Source: Setoptus koraiensis
Lineage: Eukaryota > Animalia > Arthropoda
Assembly (NCBI GenBank): GCA_048013815.1
Contig: CM106586.1
Span: forward strand, 21,390,001 to 21,454,000
DNA: 64,000 bases
Direction: 5' to 3'
The position numbers and the translations under genes were made by a program. The notes under the pieces were generated by a model that was not told where the DNA came from, did not search any database, and was given only the letters and a program-made list of their open reading frames with translations. Shown in pieces: positions 1 to 13,844 of the stretch (within the stretch, counting starts at the first letter, position 1; each line of letters begins with the position of its first letter).

Positions 1-2326
1 TAAATAAAAAAAGCAAAACCCCACATGAACTAATATTCAGCTCACATGGATATCCATGCACAATCTCTCTGATGTGCAGGCTGCATGCGAATCCATTGTG
101 GATAACAATTCCGATAGTCGGGCAAATCGATTATCCGGCCCGGATTACCGATTCGCATATTGGGTGCAAATGCACAACGAGGGCAGAAAACAGTTGTAAA
201 CGTGTGTGCGTCACAAGTTGCGTCACAACTAGACAAAACTAAAGACTAACCAAGTTGCGTAATTTGCGCCACTCGGCAATTGCTGCCACTGAAACGGATT
301 GGGCCGCAAGTGGCACAAGTCAAACATAACGCAACGCAACGCAACATTGCCGACACACTGTGTCGGACATGGCGCGAGTGAGGGGCCCATGCCCACCAAA
401 TGAGCTAGACCATTATTATTATTGCAATAATTATCGCCGATTTCTTTACGTTATTCATGCGTAACACAACAGCAGCTACCATGTCGAGTGTAGTAATTGC
501 GTCGAGTTATCGCTCTCTCGCCAGCCAGTTATCGGATCGGGGGGCGCGCTCTCGTTAGCTAAACAGGCGCCCAATCCGATGATTGGTGTTTGGGGCGCGC
601 ATGCAAATGGCAGCTTGATTAAATAGACTCGCCAGCCATTGATTGCAGCTGCCAGTAGCTGGCTGCACGAGTCAGCTAAATGGAGCCGAGCGGATGAATG
701 AGAACGTGCGTTGCTTTTTCGTCTCATTTGGTCGTTTGTAGCTTTGGAGCCATTTACAGTTGATGGTCGTCGCAGGGCGCCCCATTCGAAGCCGGCGCGA
801 TGCTCGCGAAGTTGGCGCGGCGGTTCGTGGCGATGGCGCCCATGCCGCCGACGATGTCGCTGGCCGACTCGTGTCCGTGATTCCGCGCTATTTCCCGTTA
901 TTTTTCGTCATTTCTCGCGCTTTGTTTCGCGTTGCATAGCGCCGTTTCGCGAGCTGGCCTCCAAGTGGATGGCGTTGATCGCCGGGGCCGTGCCGGTGGA
1001 TCGCATACCGAGCGCTGCCTGCGCCGCACCGAAATACCTCGACATGACTCGAAATAACTGCGTGATTTCGCTCACTCCGAGGCAATCGTGTAATGTGATA
1101 TAAATGTTAACTAGTGGACCAGTTTTCATTTATCTCCCGGATTGTCATCGTGGCGCGCGCTTGGCCAAACCGGCTCCCCACTGAAATCGAAACTGAGCCG
1201 ACCCAGCGCTGTTGGCCGACAGTGCACGCGGGGGCCACCAGCGGAGCGGTAACGGCGCTATCTAGTTGCCCGCGGCCGGCTGCAATTGTTTGCTCGGCAA
1301 TTGTCTCGCGCTGCACTCGATACATTGCGCCCGTCTGCCATCTATCTCATGACAATTTGCCGGGCGACGCTCGCCGAAATCGTCCGTCAGTCGGCTCCGG
1401 CCCGACAGACACAACTGTGGCCGTGGCGTTCGAGCTCTCAGGCAACTCCAGTTGGCAAGAGGAGAACGGGCCCAGCCGAGAGCGGATTGTCAAGAGGCGC
1501 TGCGTGGTAAAAAGTGAAACAAGAGTCAATCGTTCGGAGACACCACAGCGGGCAAGTTAAATTGGTGCGGGCGCCGGCAGTGGAGCCAGCCATTCGGTCG
1601 TTTATAAACTGGCCCATTTAGTCGGCGGGCCAGTTTGGGGCCAGTGTCGCTCACTTTCATCCATTCAGACAGTTTGGCCAACTGGCTGGCTGGCTGGCTG
1701 GCAGTTTCAGTTAATCTGAGCCGTTTCATCTCTCGTGAGGCGCCCGGCTGCACTGTAATAAACTGTAAACTGAGGGCTGGCGAGCTGTCGCTGTTGCTCG
1801 CCCTGTTGGAGTCATCTCATCTCGATCTCTGACGTGATCTATTCTCTCCGTTGGCTGCCTGGCCCCATCGCAGCCATCTCATCTTCTGACAAGCTAAGCC
1901 TATCGCTGGGAGGCGCGCGTTTATCTCTTCGTCTCGGTGGTGCGCCGTTTTCCACTGGCCCGTTATTAAGTCCTTATAAATTCAGCTCAACTAAACACAG
2001 CTAAACGACGCCCGGCTGTCCTAATGTCCTCGCGCACGAGCCAGCCCAACGGGCCAAGACGGGCGCCAGTTTAATTAAAATAATAACAACAACAGCTTTT
2101 GCCTATAATTAATCTACTACCAACATTTTCATCCGTTTCCTCCCGTTCAACCTATGCCCGGCCGACCTGACCCGGCGCTCGCCCGCCGCCGCCGCCGCTG
2201 CCACCAACCAACCGACCCGCTATTGTCGCCACTGGCGCAACTTGGTCCCGCGCGTTGAACCCCCGCCCACGACGCATCGCCGCTTGCGTCAAACGTTTGC
2301 GATCGATCCATTTGTCACCCGATCAG

Positions 2327-2917
2327 GCGAATGTAACCGCGACAACAATCCCTGCGAGCATCTCTGTTTTGATTTGCACGACGGCACATACGAGTGCGCC
2401 TGCAATTCTGGCCACAATTTAGCCATAGACGGTTATTCTTGTACCCGAGCGGCGCCCGTTGCCTCGTCGGTCGGCCAGTCGTCATCGTCATGGTCGCCGG
2501 CCCACCACAATTCGGTTGCAGCGGAAACAGCAGCGCCACGCCCTCAGCAGGCAACACAATCGCCAAATGAGGCCGTCGCCGTCGCTGCCGCAAGTGGATT
2601 GTCGGTTGCTGACGTTGCTGAATATAATAACAAGCAGCGGCAACGAGCCACACATGACAATGACAGAAGCTCGAGCGGGCCAACATGGGCCGACCTAACG
2701 GAGCGCCATCACCGGCAACAGCAACAGCAGCAACAGCAACAACAACAACTACAACAACAACAGCAGCAACTACAACAACAACAGCAGCAACTACAACAAC
2801 AACAGCAGCAACTACAGCAACAACATCAAAAACAACATCAACAACAGCGACGCCAGCAACAGCCGGGAAGCGGCCAGGAGAGGGCGCAGAAGAATGACAA
2901 AATGGCGTCAGAACAAG
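2327..2917 (+). CDS. Internal exon of a pikachurin/SP2353-like gene (EGF-like domain plus polyQ linker)
   Basis: Encodes ECNRDNNPCEHLCFDLHDGTYECACNSGHNLAIDGYSC, a six-Cys EGF pattern like the N-terminal EGF of arthropod SP2353. Acceptor cag at 2324-2326; donor GTGAGT at 2918 (phase 1). No signal-peptide exon was identified upstream. Confidence 0.75.
2716..2847 (+). repeat. CAA/CAG coding microsatellite (polyglutamine)
   Basis: Direct inspection; translates to a long Q run in ORF 2242..2925. Confidence 0.95.
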
Positions 2918-5461
2918 GTGAGTGAGTCCACTATCAATCTATTTAATGGTTGCGCACAAACAAGGCGGCAACATAACTAGATCATCGTCTCGTTGGCTCT
3001 CATCACACGTAAACGCGAGTATTATGTAACATGCGCCTATTACGCGTTAGCTTTGCTGCAGCAACCAAGTGCACGTGCTTTTGCACGAGCCGACTCGTGG
3101 CGAGCGACTCGTGGCGAGAGACTCGACTGGTGGCATGTGCCACCGTGATGACGATGATGAAATTTTTGTGTTTGTTTGTTTGTCTAGTGGAGCTGCTGTC
3201 AGAGGCAAATAACGGTTTACCGACGAGAGTTTCTGCGCAAAAATATGTTATGTAAGGTGCTGTGTGTTGGCATCCAAGTGCGCTGTTGCACGACAACTGT
3301 TTTCACTGACGTCTAAACGGCCGTTGCAGCCACTGCCTTGGGGCAAACTAATTTGCCAACGGTACACCCATTAGACGAGTCGTCATCATCTATCACCTTA
3401 TTAGCCTGTAATTAACTAACGAGTCCGGCCTAATGAATTGCGCCAGCCCGCCGGAATCGCCGGCCGACTAGCACTGTGTCGAGCTGGTGAGCAGAGGTCG
3501 CCCGCACCAGTCACCGAACACATGTAATTAGGGGCCGAAAATCTGCCAGCACTAACAAGTTGCAAATTGTGAGTGTCTGCCCAATAATTGCTATGCTAAA
3601 TAAACACTGTGCACGACGATCTAAGCGGCTCATTCGGCTTGTTGGCCACTACACCTGTCCAACCGATAAGAATGAGGCCAACAAACGGTGCGTCCGGCGC
3701 ACGAGATCCACAGACTTAACGAGCAGATTGGCCGCAGTGTTTCGCAAATCGGGCGTGCTGCGGCATGAAATGCCGCCAACCAGCTGGTAACTAGTTGCGC
3801 GAAAATCACTAATTACTAATTACCGATTGTAACCGGAGCTACTAAAATGAATTCCACTGCATCACAGTCCGTGTTGTTGCGTATTGCAGCGGGCAACGAC
3901 CAAACGCACGATTGTGGTGCCCCCTATATCGGCGATAATTTTCATGAATCATTTTGTGAATTATGGCCGGCCAATCGATCAAAATCAGTGTGCTCATAAA
4001 TGTGACACGCCAGCCAACAAAAAGTGCCCCAAACACACAGGTGCTCGCTGCCTTAATGGGTGCACTCCAATGGGTTGCATCATTCTGGCCCAGGGCTGAC
4101 TTGCGACTCGGGCAAGGGGTTGTTATTGTTGCTGGTCAGTTTGCTTCTAGTTGGTTTCTCGACCGGGCCTCAGTTGATCTCATTCAGGCTGCTCAGTTGG
4201 CAGAACAACTAGTGATCGTGGGTGACCCACGGGCCGGACTATGGCAGCAAAATCGACCCGGGGTAATTTTGACCCACTCACCATCACTGGAAACAACAAT
4301 GGCGGTGGCCGTTGTAGTGCCATTATTGGGTGGCCATCAATAAAAGTCGCTACCTCTTTGTCGCTGCCAGAAATGCACGCACTTACTAATGGCAAAAGCA
4401 TAAAGTGATTTATCTGGGCAAAATGTCAAGCCAGCGAGTTGCTTGTCTAGATGGCGCTAATATAAATGGAGCGAATGATTAACATCAATTTGTGTCACGC
4501 TGCTGCTCACTTATTAGCTGGCCGGCCATTGTTTTGTCTCTCTCCAGTAGGCTAACAAGAGTTGCGATAGTCGCAAGAAAACAACAAGCACTAGATACAC
4601 AACAAAATACACGAAAAGCAACTTGGTGCAACTGGCAATTATGCCGTGTTCAGTTGAATTGGAAATGAGTTGTCTTGTCATGTTTGGTCGCTGTACACGC
4701 ACAAGTCCGGCCGCGAATCTCCAATTGGCCAGCTCCAACTTGGAATGTACGTGACGCAACCTATTTTATTTACCGGGCCCCACTAGCTTACATGACAGGG
4801 CCTGGCCTGTGTTGTTTTATGCTGTTGTTGGCAACTCGCAACATTGCAACAGCTCTGCCGGGCTGCTTAGTTGAAATGCATAGGCAACCAGGCAAGAGAT
4901 TAGCCCAATCTGAGAGATTTGGCCACTGCTCACACCCGCCTGTATTGAGGCCACATAGAGGCTGGATATTGCGTGGATATAGCGTGGGTATCGCGAGGGT
5001 ATCGAGTGGATATTGAATGTCTGCATGCGCATTGATTTGTCAGATTTGCGCTCGAAGCAAAACTGTACCTGCGCGGGCCCCCGAGACGACAACGATATGT
5101 AGTGGTATGTGGTATTGTGCTCGCGCCGGGGGACTGGCTCACAGCGTGAGCAATGCGCCAGCCACATCACTGCAAGGGGCACGCTGAATTTTGCCAAATG
5201 AAGCCTCCCGAATTGGGGGTTTTTTCGTCGTGCTGCTCTTCCGAAAAATAGGCCAGCACTTAGGGTGGGCATATGGGCTCAAATGGGAGTCAAAAGTGAG
5301 CGCATCGAAAAAACAAACGGCTCGAAACAAGTTGCTGGCGAGCCGTTTTAGGGTTTTCCCGTACTCGAAAAACGCCAAGTTGCTTTTTGAAGCGAGTCGA
5401 ACAGGCTCGCTCGCCGGCAACTTATTCACCCTTTTGGCGCCCACTGCCGAACTGGCATGGT

Positions 5462-5501
5462 ACACACCAGAGTATATCTGGCCAGATATACTCTGGTGTG
5501 T
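5462..5501. repeat. Perfect 40-bp palindrome with no spacer
   Basis: ACACACCAGAGTATATCTGG followed directly by CCAGATATACTCTGGTGTGT, its exact reverse complement. Confidence 0.95.
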
Positions 5502-5665
5502 CGCTCTGGCCAGATGGGCAAATCAGAAACACTTGTCTGCGAGGCGAACAATTAATTAAATATTGTCAGCGTGATTGACAAGTTATTGGCAGCAGGGTTG
5601 TTTGTAAAAAAATGCCACTAGCTCATGTTCCCAAGTTGAGCAAATAACAGGTGCCAGGTCAAGGC

Positions 5666-5703
5666 ATTTCTTGCACGCGGTGCAGTTGCCACGTGCAAGA
5701 AAT
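5666..5703. repeat. Inverted repeat, 12-bp arms and 14-nt loop
   Basis: ATTTCTTGCACG (5666-5677) and CGTGCAAGAAAT (5692-5703). Confidence 0.85.
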
Positions 5704-6269
5704 CTTTGGTCTCTCTCTCTCTCTCTGTCACGACTCTACCATCAATTTCGCTAGCAGTCTCAATGAGAATTTCTCAGACTGCCCGACAGCATGAGCACAA
5801 CCGATGGAATGCACCATCAATTGTGCTCGCTCTCATTTTGATCGATCGCTGTGATTGACATCATTGAACTAGGTGCGCTGCGACACATTTATGAAAGAAT
5901 TTTTTGTTGTCGCTGCAAGATTTTATATACTCTCATGTCGATTTTTGCTCAATCACTGACAGACGCACGCTGCGACACAAACCTGACAATATATGGCGCA
6001 ATCTGCTGGCCGAAGCCCGGCGAAATGAATAATGTGCCCATGTCCCTGGTACTGCTGTCATTGTTGTTTGCAATAATAAAAACTTTTACTCTCTAGCTGC
6101 CCGGTCACACGACCCAGCGCTAATTGGTCAAGCAGACATTGGCACACTCGAGTGCTGCTGCCAATGATTGATCATGATGCAAAACTTGCGTTTTGTTTTC
6201 GACCCACTCCACTGTCAAATTATGCAAAAGCAGATTGCCTTTCAATTTGTCCGAGAATAGCCCATTTTC

Positions 6270-6321
6270 GGTCGCTTTACAGGTCGCTTTGCAGGTCGCT
6301 TCACAGGTCGCTTTACAGGTC
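6270..6321. repeat. 12-bp tandem repeat, about 4.3 copies
   Basis: Unit GGTCGCTTTACA with single substitutions. Confidence 0.9.
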
Positions 6322-8977
6322 TCGTTTGGCACCGAGTGAGCACAGCGCCAACTACATTCACTTGCATAGCAGGCTGTGTGTGTTCGGCCGGACCCCAATC
6401 GACCGATATTCACCCGTGAATGGCTCGAGCCTCGAGCTGACCATCCGTGGGGCGCCTGGCCAAACCGATATTCGCAGCTCCCGCACTGGTCATCGTACTA
6501 CCTGGCATTGGCTGGGCCCGCGTTGAGCTACTGACTCGGTAGTACTGAGCGGGAATGATGAATGCCCGCACTTTTTGGGGGCTGTTGGTTGGTTGGTTTC
6601 GTTGGCCCGAGCAGGCGGACGAAAAACAATGGGGCACTTGTAATTGCAAGGCCAGTTTCCAGACTAGTGGGGCTCCACTGGTAAAGCAGTGACTAAAACT
6701 CGTATCGTACACTCAAAGCCTTTGAGTCAAAGGTGTGCGTTCGAGCGCCAGCGCGAGCTCTTTTTCAGATACACAACTGCACCGAAATGGCCCCAAGTTA
6801 ACATAATGATGATGGTGTTAATACAAGTTAACAGGCACCCATTTGGTGGCCCGCTGTCGCCTCGGCCGCAGCCTGACCACCGCGCGCGATAAACGAACAC
6901 AATAATTGCCCAAGAGACCCGGATATATCACTGGCTATATGTGCTGGCTCGTATCGGTATATATGACGACTGGTGCATGTGTGTATCGGGCCTCTGAATC
7001 TATCTGAAACGTATTTAGCTGTATACGTTTTATGGGGCCAATAGTTGTTATGTCTGGTGTGTCGCTATGTTGTTGTGTCGTGCCGTTGAATTGATACTCT
7101 GCCAGTGGCCAGTTACATGGCCAGGGCAAGCAACTCTGCCATTGAAGGGGCCCCCACCGACACAGATCGAGAGCGAAAAAAGGAAGCAAGCCACGGCGAA
7201 GAAGCGGTGCCTCTGTTGGCCCAGCCACCCGAACCAGTTGTTGTGGGCTCGCATTCACGATGCACACAGCTTCAGCTCACTCACAGCCAAGGGGCCAGCG
7301 CGCCAGAGTTTCGTCAACCATTATCGGGCAGCCGCCGCGGATGTGATTTGTGTGCGCCGCAATTGCTGGCGCTCGCCCGGGCGCCCCTGGTGGCTCGATA
7401 GAATCCGAAGTGAACGGCATTTTGCCAGTCGCGCAATGCAGTGAGTTTGAAATGGCTGCTGACTAAGCAAGGAACGGGCCCTTTAAGTAGCCGAACTCGG
7501 CAGCCCTGTTCTCTGGCTTATTCAACACACACACACACACTCACTTACCAGTTGGGGATTGGGCCCGGCGCACACGATTCGAGGGGGCCCCAAGTCTGTG
7601 GCAATTTGTGGCGCGGTTGCAGCCTGAATACGTCCTCCAAATACGCGACTCGTCGCAATTGTGTGCGTGGCCATCTCGAAGCGGGCCTCTATTTCGGGCC
7701 CCTCTCGCCCCTCGCCACACAAGAGGCGGCGACGTGCTGCGGGCCCGAGTTGAACGACTCGCACCAGCCAGCTAGCAGTGGCGGCAGCGGCGGCGGCGGA
7801 TAAACAGACTGTGGATAGTGCGGGCCTCCTCCTGGCTGCCGTGGAACGTTTGTGTGGCGATAGTATCGATCATGATGGTGCCAACAGCAACAACAACAAC
7901 AACTGCCGCTATCATCATCCCGCCAACAAAAGCGGCTCGTGCCAGCGTCGCGGGCCCCAAAAGAGGGCACACAATTCGCGATTTGCAATTTCGAGCGGCT
8001 CCGAGCTTCGAGCGTCGCAATTCGGAAAGGCTCGCGCGGGCCGGCTCCCGTAGACAGGATGGGCCGACGTGCTCGGAATCCAGTTCCGACATAGAGCGTA
8101 ATAGAGTGCGCAAACTGTATCAGCACTTTAGAGCGGGGCGCCCCCTAGGGCCGGCGCCCGCCGTTGCGCTAACTAACAAAATGGCCGTTCGTCGTTGTCG
8201 TTTTGTAAAACTGTCGCTATGTGCCGACCATTGCGCAACCATTGCACAAACATCGCCAGCGGTGCTGACAAATGTCACCTGGGCTGGCTGTGTTATCTTA
8301 GCGAGCGAGCGAGCGAGCGCCAGTCAGCTACATAATAGAAAGAGTAAACAAGAGGAAAGATTAAGCGTCTGATAGAGCGACGCCGGCCGCGCCACCGGCG
8401 GACAGGTGAACGTGAAAATAATTCATGGCCTCGCCGCCTGTCTAACTGTCGCTGTCTAATCGGCTGACGCTCAGTTGTTGCTGTCGTTGCCGTTGTTGCT
8501 GTTGTTGCTGCTGCTGAAACGGTGCGTGCTATTTGTAGCGGCCAGCAGCAAACAGCCCTTACCTGTCCGCTGGCGCTGCTATCACCTGTCCGCTTGTTAA
8601 TAATGGCCTGTGTATTATGTAATGCGTTTCCATTAATAATGCGAAAGTTACGTATCATTGCGAAATAACGGCGACAGCAACACCAACGGAGCCAGCAGCA
8701 ACGGCGCCCGCCAACAAAATAACAAACTAACCAGGCGACGCCCTGGCCGGCTCACCCGAACGCTGCTCGCCGATGTGATACCCGACCGACCGGCCGTGTA
8801 GCTCTGCTCGGGCCAACGCTGACATTCAGCTCGACAGAATGGCGCCCAAATCCAAGCGTGCAAATTCTGATGCGGTTTCACTGCAATTCAAACTGCCGGC
8901 GACCCGCGCCATTACAGCACGATCCGACCAACAATTTCGCCCGCAACGTTTGTGCGGCCCCAACGTGCCCGACCCCC

Positions 8978-9047
8978 GCCGATAATTGCCGACATTTGCC
9001 GACATTTGTCGACATTCGCCGACATTTGCCGACATTTGCCGATAGTT
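8978..9047. repeat. 10-bp tandem repeat, 7 copies
   Basis: Unit GCCGACATTT with variants. Confidence 0.9.
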
Positions 9048-12000
9048 GTCGGTGTAAGCCGCGGATTGGCGCTAATATCCGGTAATATCCGCCGATATTC
9101 ACCGGCCGTCGCGGCGTGCACAAGCAAGCGGCCAATGTCCGAAAGCGCACACTGATGGCACTCGAAAAAGAAGGCCAGGCCAGCCGACGAGAACATTAGC
9201 CGCTAATGATCGTTTGATTAGGCGGCCCCAAATGGGGCGCCCGAAGCGAGAACAAGTCGCCCCGCTCAGCGAGCAGCAGAAAGAAGGATGGCAAGAGAAC
9301 GTGAGCAGTAGAAACAAAAGGAACACTTTTCAATATAAATATCGGGGGCCAGTTGCAGCCGTGGCGCCAGTTGGGGCGCATCTGCATAATACTGCCAGCG
9401 CCCCACTGATGCTGTTGCCCCCGACAACTGGCTGCCACGAGCAGGGCCCATGGCAACGATCCGTGGGGCCCTGCCCATTTGCGAGCGCGCTCTCTGTTAT
9501 TCTTTCGCTGCTCGACGTTGAACAGGCTCACGCTTTTGGGGCCCATTCGCCCGGTTCGTCTCAAAGCTCGGGCAGCGCGACTGTTCGGGCGCTGGTCGTT
9601 GCAAGCCAGCAATCCGACGAAAACGGCGCCAACAGCAACGCCAGCAACAACGACAGCAGCAGCAACAACAACAACAACAACAACCACGGGCCCGGCGGGC
9701 CAAATGAGCAGCCACGCGAGCAGCCATGCTGTTTGCTCGCAAGCATACCTAACTCACCGCCAGATTGCAGAAATGGCAGGCTGGCTGGCTGGCTGGATTA
9801 CGCAACAAACGGGCTTTGGTTGCACGATAGCGGGCAACGAGTCGTCATTGCGTGGCGGTCATTGTCGTTTAAACACCCGAGTTTTGGTGTGTTTTATCGC
9901 GTTACAATCGCGTTTTTGGACTTCAGTTCCAATGCGAAAAAATGATCCAATGAAATATATTGAATACGCGAGGCCGCTATCGGCGAAACAACGGCGACTT
10001 TTGGCACTCGTTTCTCGCCGCTAGCTGCACGTTGGGGGCCTGCCAATTGTCCAATGTCGTTCCAATGTCGAGCGACATTGAAATGCGACGGATTAGTCGC
10101 GCTGATATGACCAGATCGCCAGCTGCCCGCGCGACTTAGTTAGTTGGTTATCTTTTGGATTGGCAGTGGGCGACTTTTGGCACACTGTGCCATGGCGACT
10201 GGGGCCCCAGCGCCCGCTCGCCAGCTTACCTAAGCAAATGGTCGCGTTCGGTTGGCGCAAAATATCAAAATAATGATAGCACGCACACAATACAGTGGGC
10301 ACAATATACGTCTGTGTGTGTGTGTAGCTTATTTATACGGATAAATACTATATTCTTAAGCATTCTTGAGTATTCAAGCAGCACTGGCATGAACTGTCAG
10401 CGGCATTGTGTTTGCGATTATGTGTCACTCACCCACTGTGAACTTGCCTTCGTGAATGACACCGTCAAGTATTGCGTCATTTTGTGAGGCCCCGACCAAC
10501 GGGCACACGCACACAAACAGCGACAGCAAATAAGGATCTGCGCTCTCTTCCGGCATACAATGATCTTTCTCCGTGTCTCTGTGTCTCTGTTGCAAATGTT
10601 CTCGCAAGCTCGCCTGATTTACATATGAATACAACGTGTTATATTGTGTGATAGTTGTTAGTCGACATACACACAGTTTCTCGGCTTGCCCTGGCAAGTT
10701 TCGTCTTACATAACAATAATGGCCGAGATTTGAGCAGTGCCAAAGTGCCCAATGGTATGAGGCCAGCAACGTTAGATTAGCGGCACAACGGGGCTCGAGC
10801 TGGCTTGTTGTTAGTCTAATTATGATAATAAATGAGCGATAATAAGCAGTAGCGACACAATGATAATAATGGGGCAAACAGTCGTCAAAGAGACAGGCTT
10901 TGCATCTATCTAGTTTTATATCTCGGTCACGAGCTGTGTGCCCGGTTATGCCAATTCAAACAGACGGCCCAGACACTGCTTATTATTGGTGAATTTGGTT
11001 CGGCGCGGGTGCCCCACTTGAGTCGAGTTGACACTTGGCTCATCTCACTGCCACTGACAGCGGATTTGGGCTGTCAGTGAAAATTTTGTTTTGTATTTCG
11101 CTCAACGCGCACGCCAGACGTCATACGCGTGATAGAGCCAGAGACAATAATGAATTTAAATTGCACCGGGCCCCACTGCCAAGCGTTTTGATACGGCCAG
11201 GTGAGCGAGTCAGCTAACTGATGTTATTATCTGGTGCGACCGGGGCCCCGATGAGTTGATATCCTGCGTGCACACTCAGCGAATGAAGAGCGGCCTCATT
11301 GTGCCATGAATGGATAATAGCTTTTCGTTGTTAGGTTGCTCGCGCCGGCAGTTTAGTTACGACAACAACGAGCACACCAATAGCAGACAATAATCAGCAG
11401 TTGCCATCACGAGAGTCGAGCTTGACACTGCTGGCTGCATGTACCATCGCAAACTGCCCAGGGGGGGGGGCTGGCCGGCTCGCCGAACAAGCTCGCCACT
11501 ACAAACATCGATTAGGGGCCCACCTCCAAGATGCAATTGAGCATGCCATGGTCGCTTGAATGTATATTGGCCCCACTCCGTCCACTCAACGGCCCGGTAA
11601 TTTCGAGCGGAGCGCGCTCATGCAGCGACCGGCCAGCCAGTTGCGCGCCGTTGTTGTTCTCGCTGGGCGCCCCAACGAGCGCCCAACGAGAACAACAACA
11701 ACAACAGCAACAACAACATCAGCTATAATAACAGCGGCCGTAACAACGGCTGCAACAACGGCTGCAACAACGGCCGCAACAACAGAAATGTATACACTTT
11801 AGAGAGGCAGGCGATACGTGTAGCGCGCCCATTAATCATTTTGCACTTTTATCTGGGCGCCCGGCGCGACTTTAACCGATGGCCGCGATGCAAGTCGCTA
11901 CGCGCGACAGGCGCCCTCCAGAGCGTGGCGACCAGCGGCGCCCCCACCACGGGGCTCATATAGCATCATCATATAGCACCAGAATTCATGCAAACACGGA

Positions 12001-12105
12001 AACCGACTCAATTGTGGCCTGTGCACTGTCTGTGTGCCTTGTTTTGTTTGTTGCCGGCTGGATTGTTGTTAGTGGATAATAATTATCTTGTTACCGTAAT
12101 TATTC

Positions 12106-12150
12106 TGCCTTGGTTGGGGCCCGCGTGCCTTGGTTGGGGCCCGCGTGCCT
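12106..12150. repeat. 20-bp tandem duplication
   Basis: TGCCTTGGTTGGGGCCCGCG twice, plus TGCCT. Confidence 0.9.
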
Positions 12151-13769
12151 GTGCGCGACCCAACCAGGGCTGGGCACGGCCGGCAAGCGTTGCTGACCAC
12201 GATATTGTCTTTTTGAGTGGCACCACTGACCACTCGCCACGCGAACAACCGTGAGGCCATTATCGCAATACATTATTAATAATATGAGAGCTATTATTGT
12301 TATTGGCTTGGCCGCGTCGGCGGCCATCGGTGCGGCCTCGGATAATAATAACACACACACCGGGCCAGGCAACCATAATGTCGGGCCCCAATAATAAACG
12401 CAAATGCAAGCTCGGCCAGATAAATGATTTGTCACTGAGTGGGCGCGCGTGTCGGCCAACAACCGTTGCGACTTGTAATGACCGGCCGTTGTTTGTTTGG
12501 CGCCCCACGCCGGCCAATAGATCCATCATAGATCACACGAGAGCTCGCTTGATTATGCCCGTCAGCATGTATGACTGTCGCTATATATATATATTGAACA
12601 GTTATTATTAGGCTTGCCAACACGGTCGCTTTATTACTATTGTTGATGATTATTATCGATGATGATATTAACGGACGTCATCGTTTATGGCGCTGATAGA
12701 TTAACGCACTGGCTCGATCGAACCCCTGTCACATCGGCTATCGCCGGCCGACGGGTCGGGCATCGTTGGCTGGCCAGACTGCGCCCACTGGACAGACTGG
12801 ATTGAGCTGGCGACAAACGCGGCTCGCAATAGGGGCCCCCCAAAAAGATACGACCTTTGTGCTGGCGAAGCCCGACGGCCGGTGCGCTGGGGCCCGTCAA
12901 ATGGCACCAATCGCAATTGCAAAAACAACCAATTCCGCGCCGCTGTTCATCTTTGGCCCGTCAACTGGCCAGCGACTGGCCGGAGTGCAGTTGGCACATA
13001 AAACTTTATTTACACAGACGGGCCACAAAGAGATCAGATATACAGACGTCACCACGGGCAACCATTCAAATCGATTTTGTCATCAATTATCCCCGAAGCG
13101 GTGCCCAGTTGGAGCCAACGCTGCGGCTTTGCTCACTTCAATGGCGCCACGCGAAACACAAGCCAGTGCCCACGCTATGCGCCCAACGGCCTAACGGCCG
13201 ACGCCACATTTATGGGCCACCATTAACAGTGTCATCTCGAGTCGCGCGGGCCTCCGGGTCGCGGGCGGCGGGCCGCGGGCCGCCGACAAATGGAGCCCGC
13301 AACATGATTGTTCGCGCAAGTGCAATTGCTAAATTGGCCGCTGGTCCCCATATCGCTGGCTGTCGCGGCTTCGGCGGCTCGCTTGCGGGCAGCGGTCGCC
13401 TCCTGCTGGCCGCGCTCTGTTGAGCCGCTCGCTTGGCTGAGGCCCGCCGAGGAGCCCACTGGGCAAAGCCGATAGACGGAGGTTTGTTTTCTCGCCACCT
13501 ACCAACCGAGACGAGTTGTTTGTCGAGCGTCAGACAGGGCGTTGCTGGTCGATGGCAGGCTGGCTGGGCTGACTTGTCCGGCGCTTTGTCTCGGGCGCGC
13601 GACTCTTTTGTCGGGCATTCGAGCACAATTTGCCCAAACGCCACCCAACGGACATAAAAGGGGCCCTGTTTGCTGTGTGCGGGCCCCAGTCGGGCGCGCC
13701 TCTCCGTTGTTGTTGTCGCTACTGTTGCTTGTATGCAGAGGCGAATAATAATGATAATATTCAGCCACG

Positions 13770-13844
13770 CAACAACAACAACGAGCCTCGCCAGCAACAA
13801 CAACAACGAGCCTCGCCAGCAACAACAACAACAAGCCTCGCCAG
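13770..13844. repeat. 25-bp tandem repeat, 3 copies
   Basis: Unit CAACAACAACAACGAGCCTCGCCAG; one substitution in copy 3. Confidence 0.9.

Noticed and set aside
780-1130. GC3-rich minus-strand reading frames that look like a bacterial or horizontally transferred fragment
   Set aside because: Frames are short and interrupted by stops, no family motif was recognised, and the composition matches the surrounding GC-rich intron.
8978-9047. Short tandem repeats (also 6270, 13770, 24684, 61548) as possible CRISPR arrays
   Set aside because: Head-to-tail units without unique spacers, in a eukaryotic context with no cas genes.
7689-9945. Long overlapping ORFs such as 7818..8372 and 9214..9945
   Set aside because: Built from AAC/TTG microsatellites and GC-rich sequence, open on both strands, with no domain; expected by chance.
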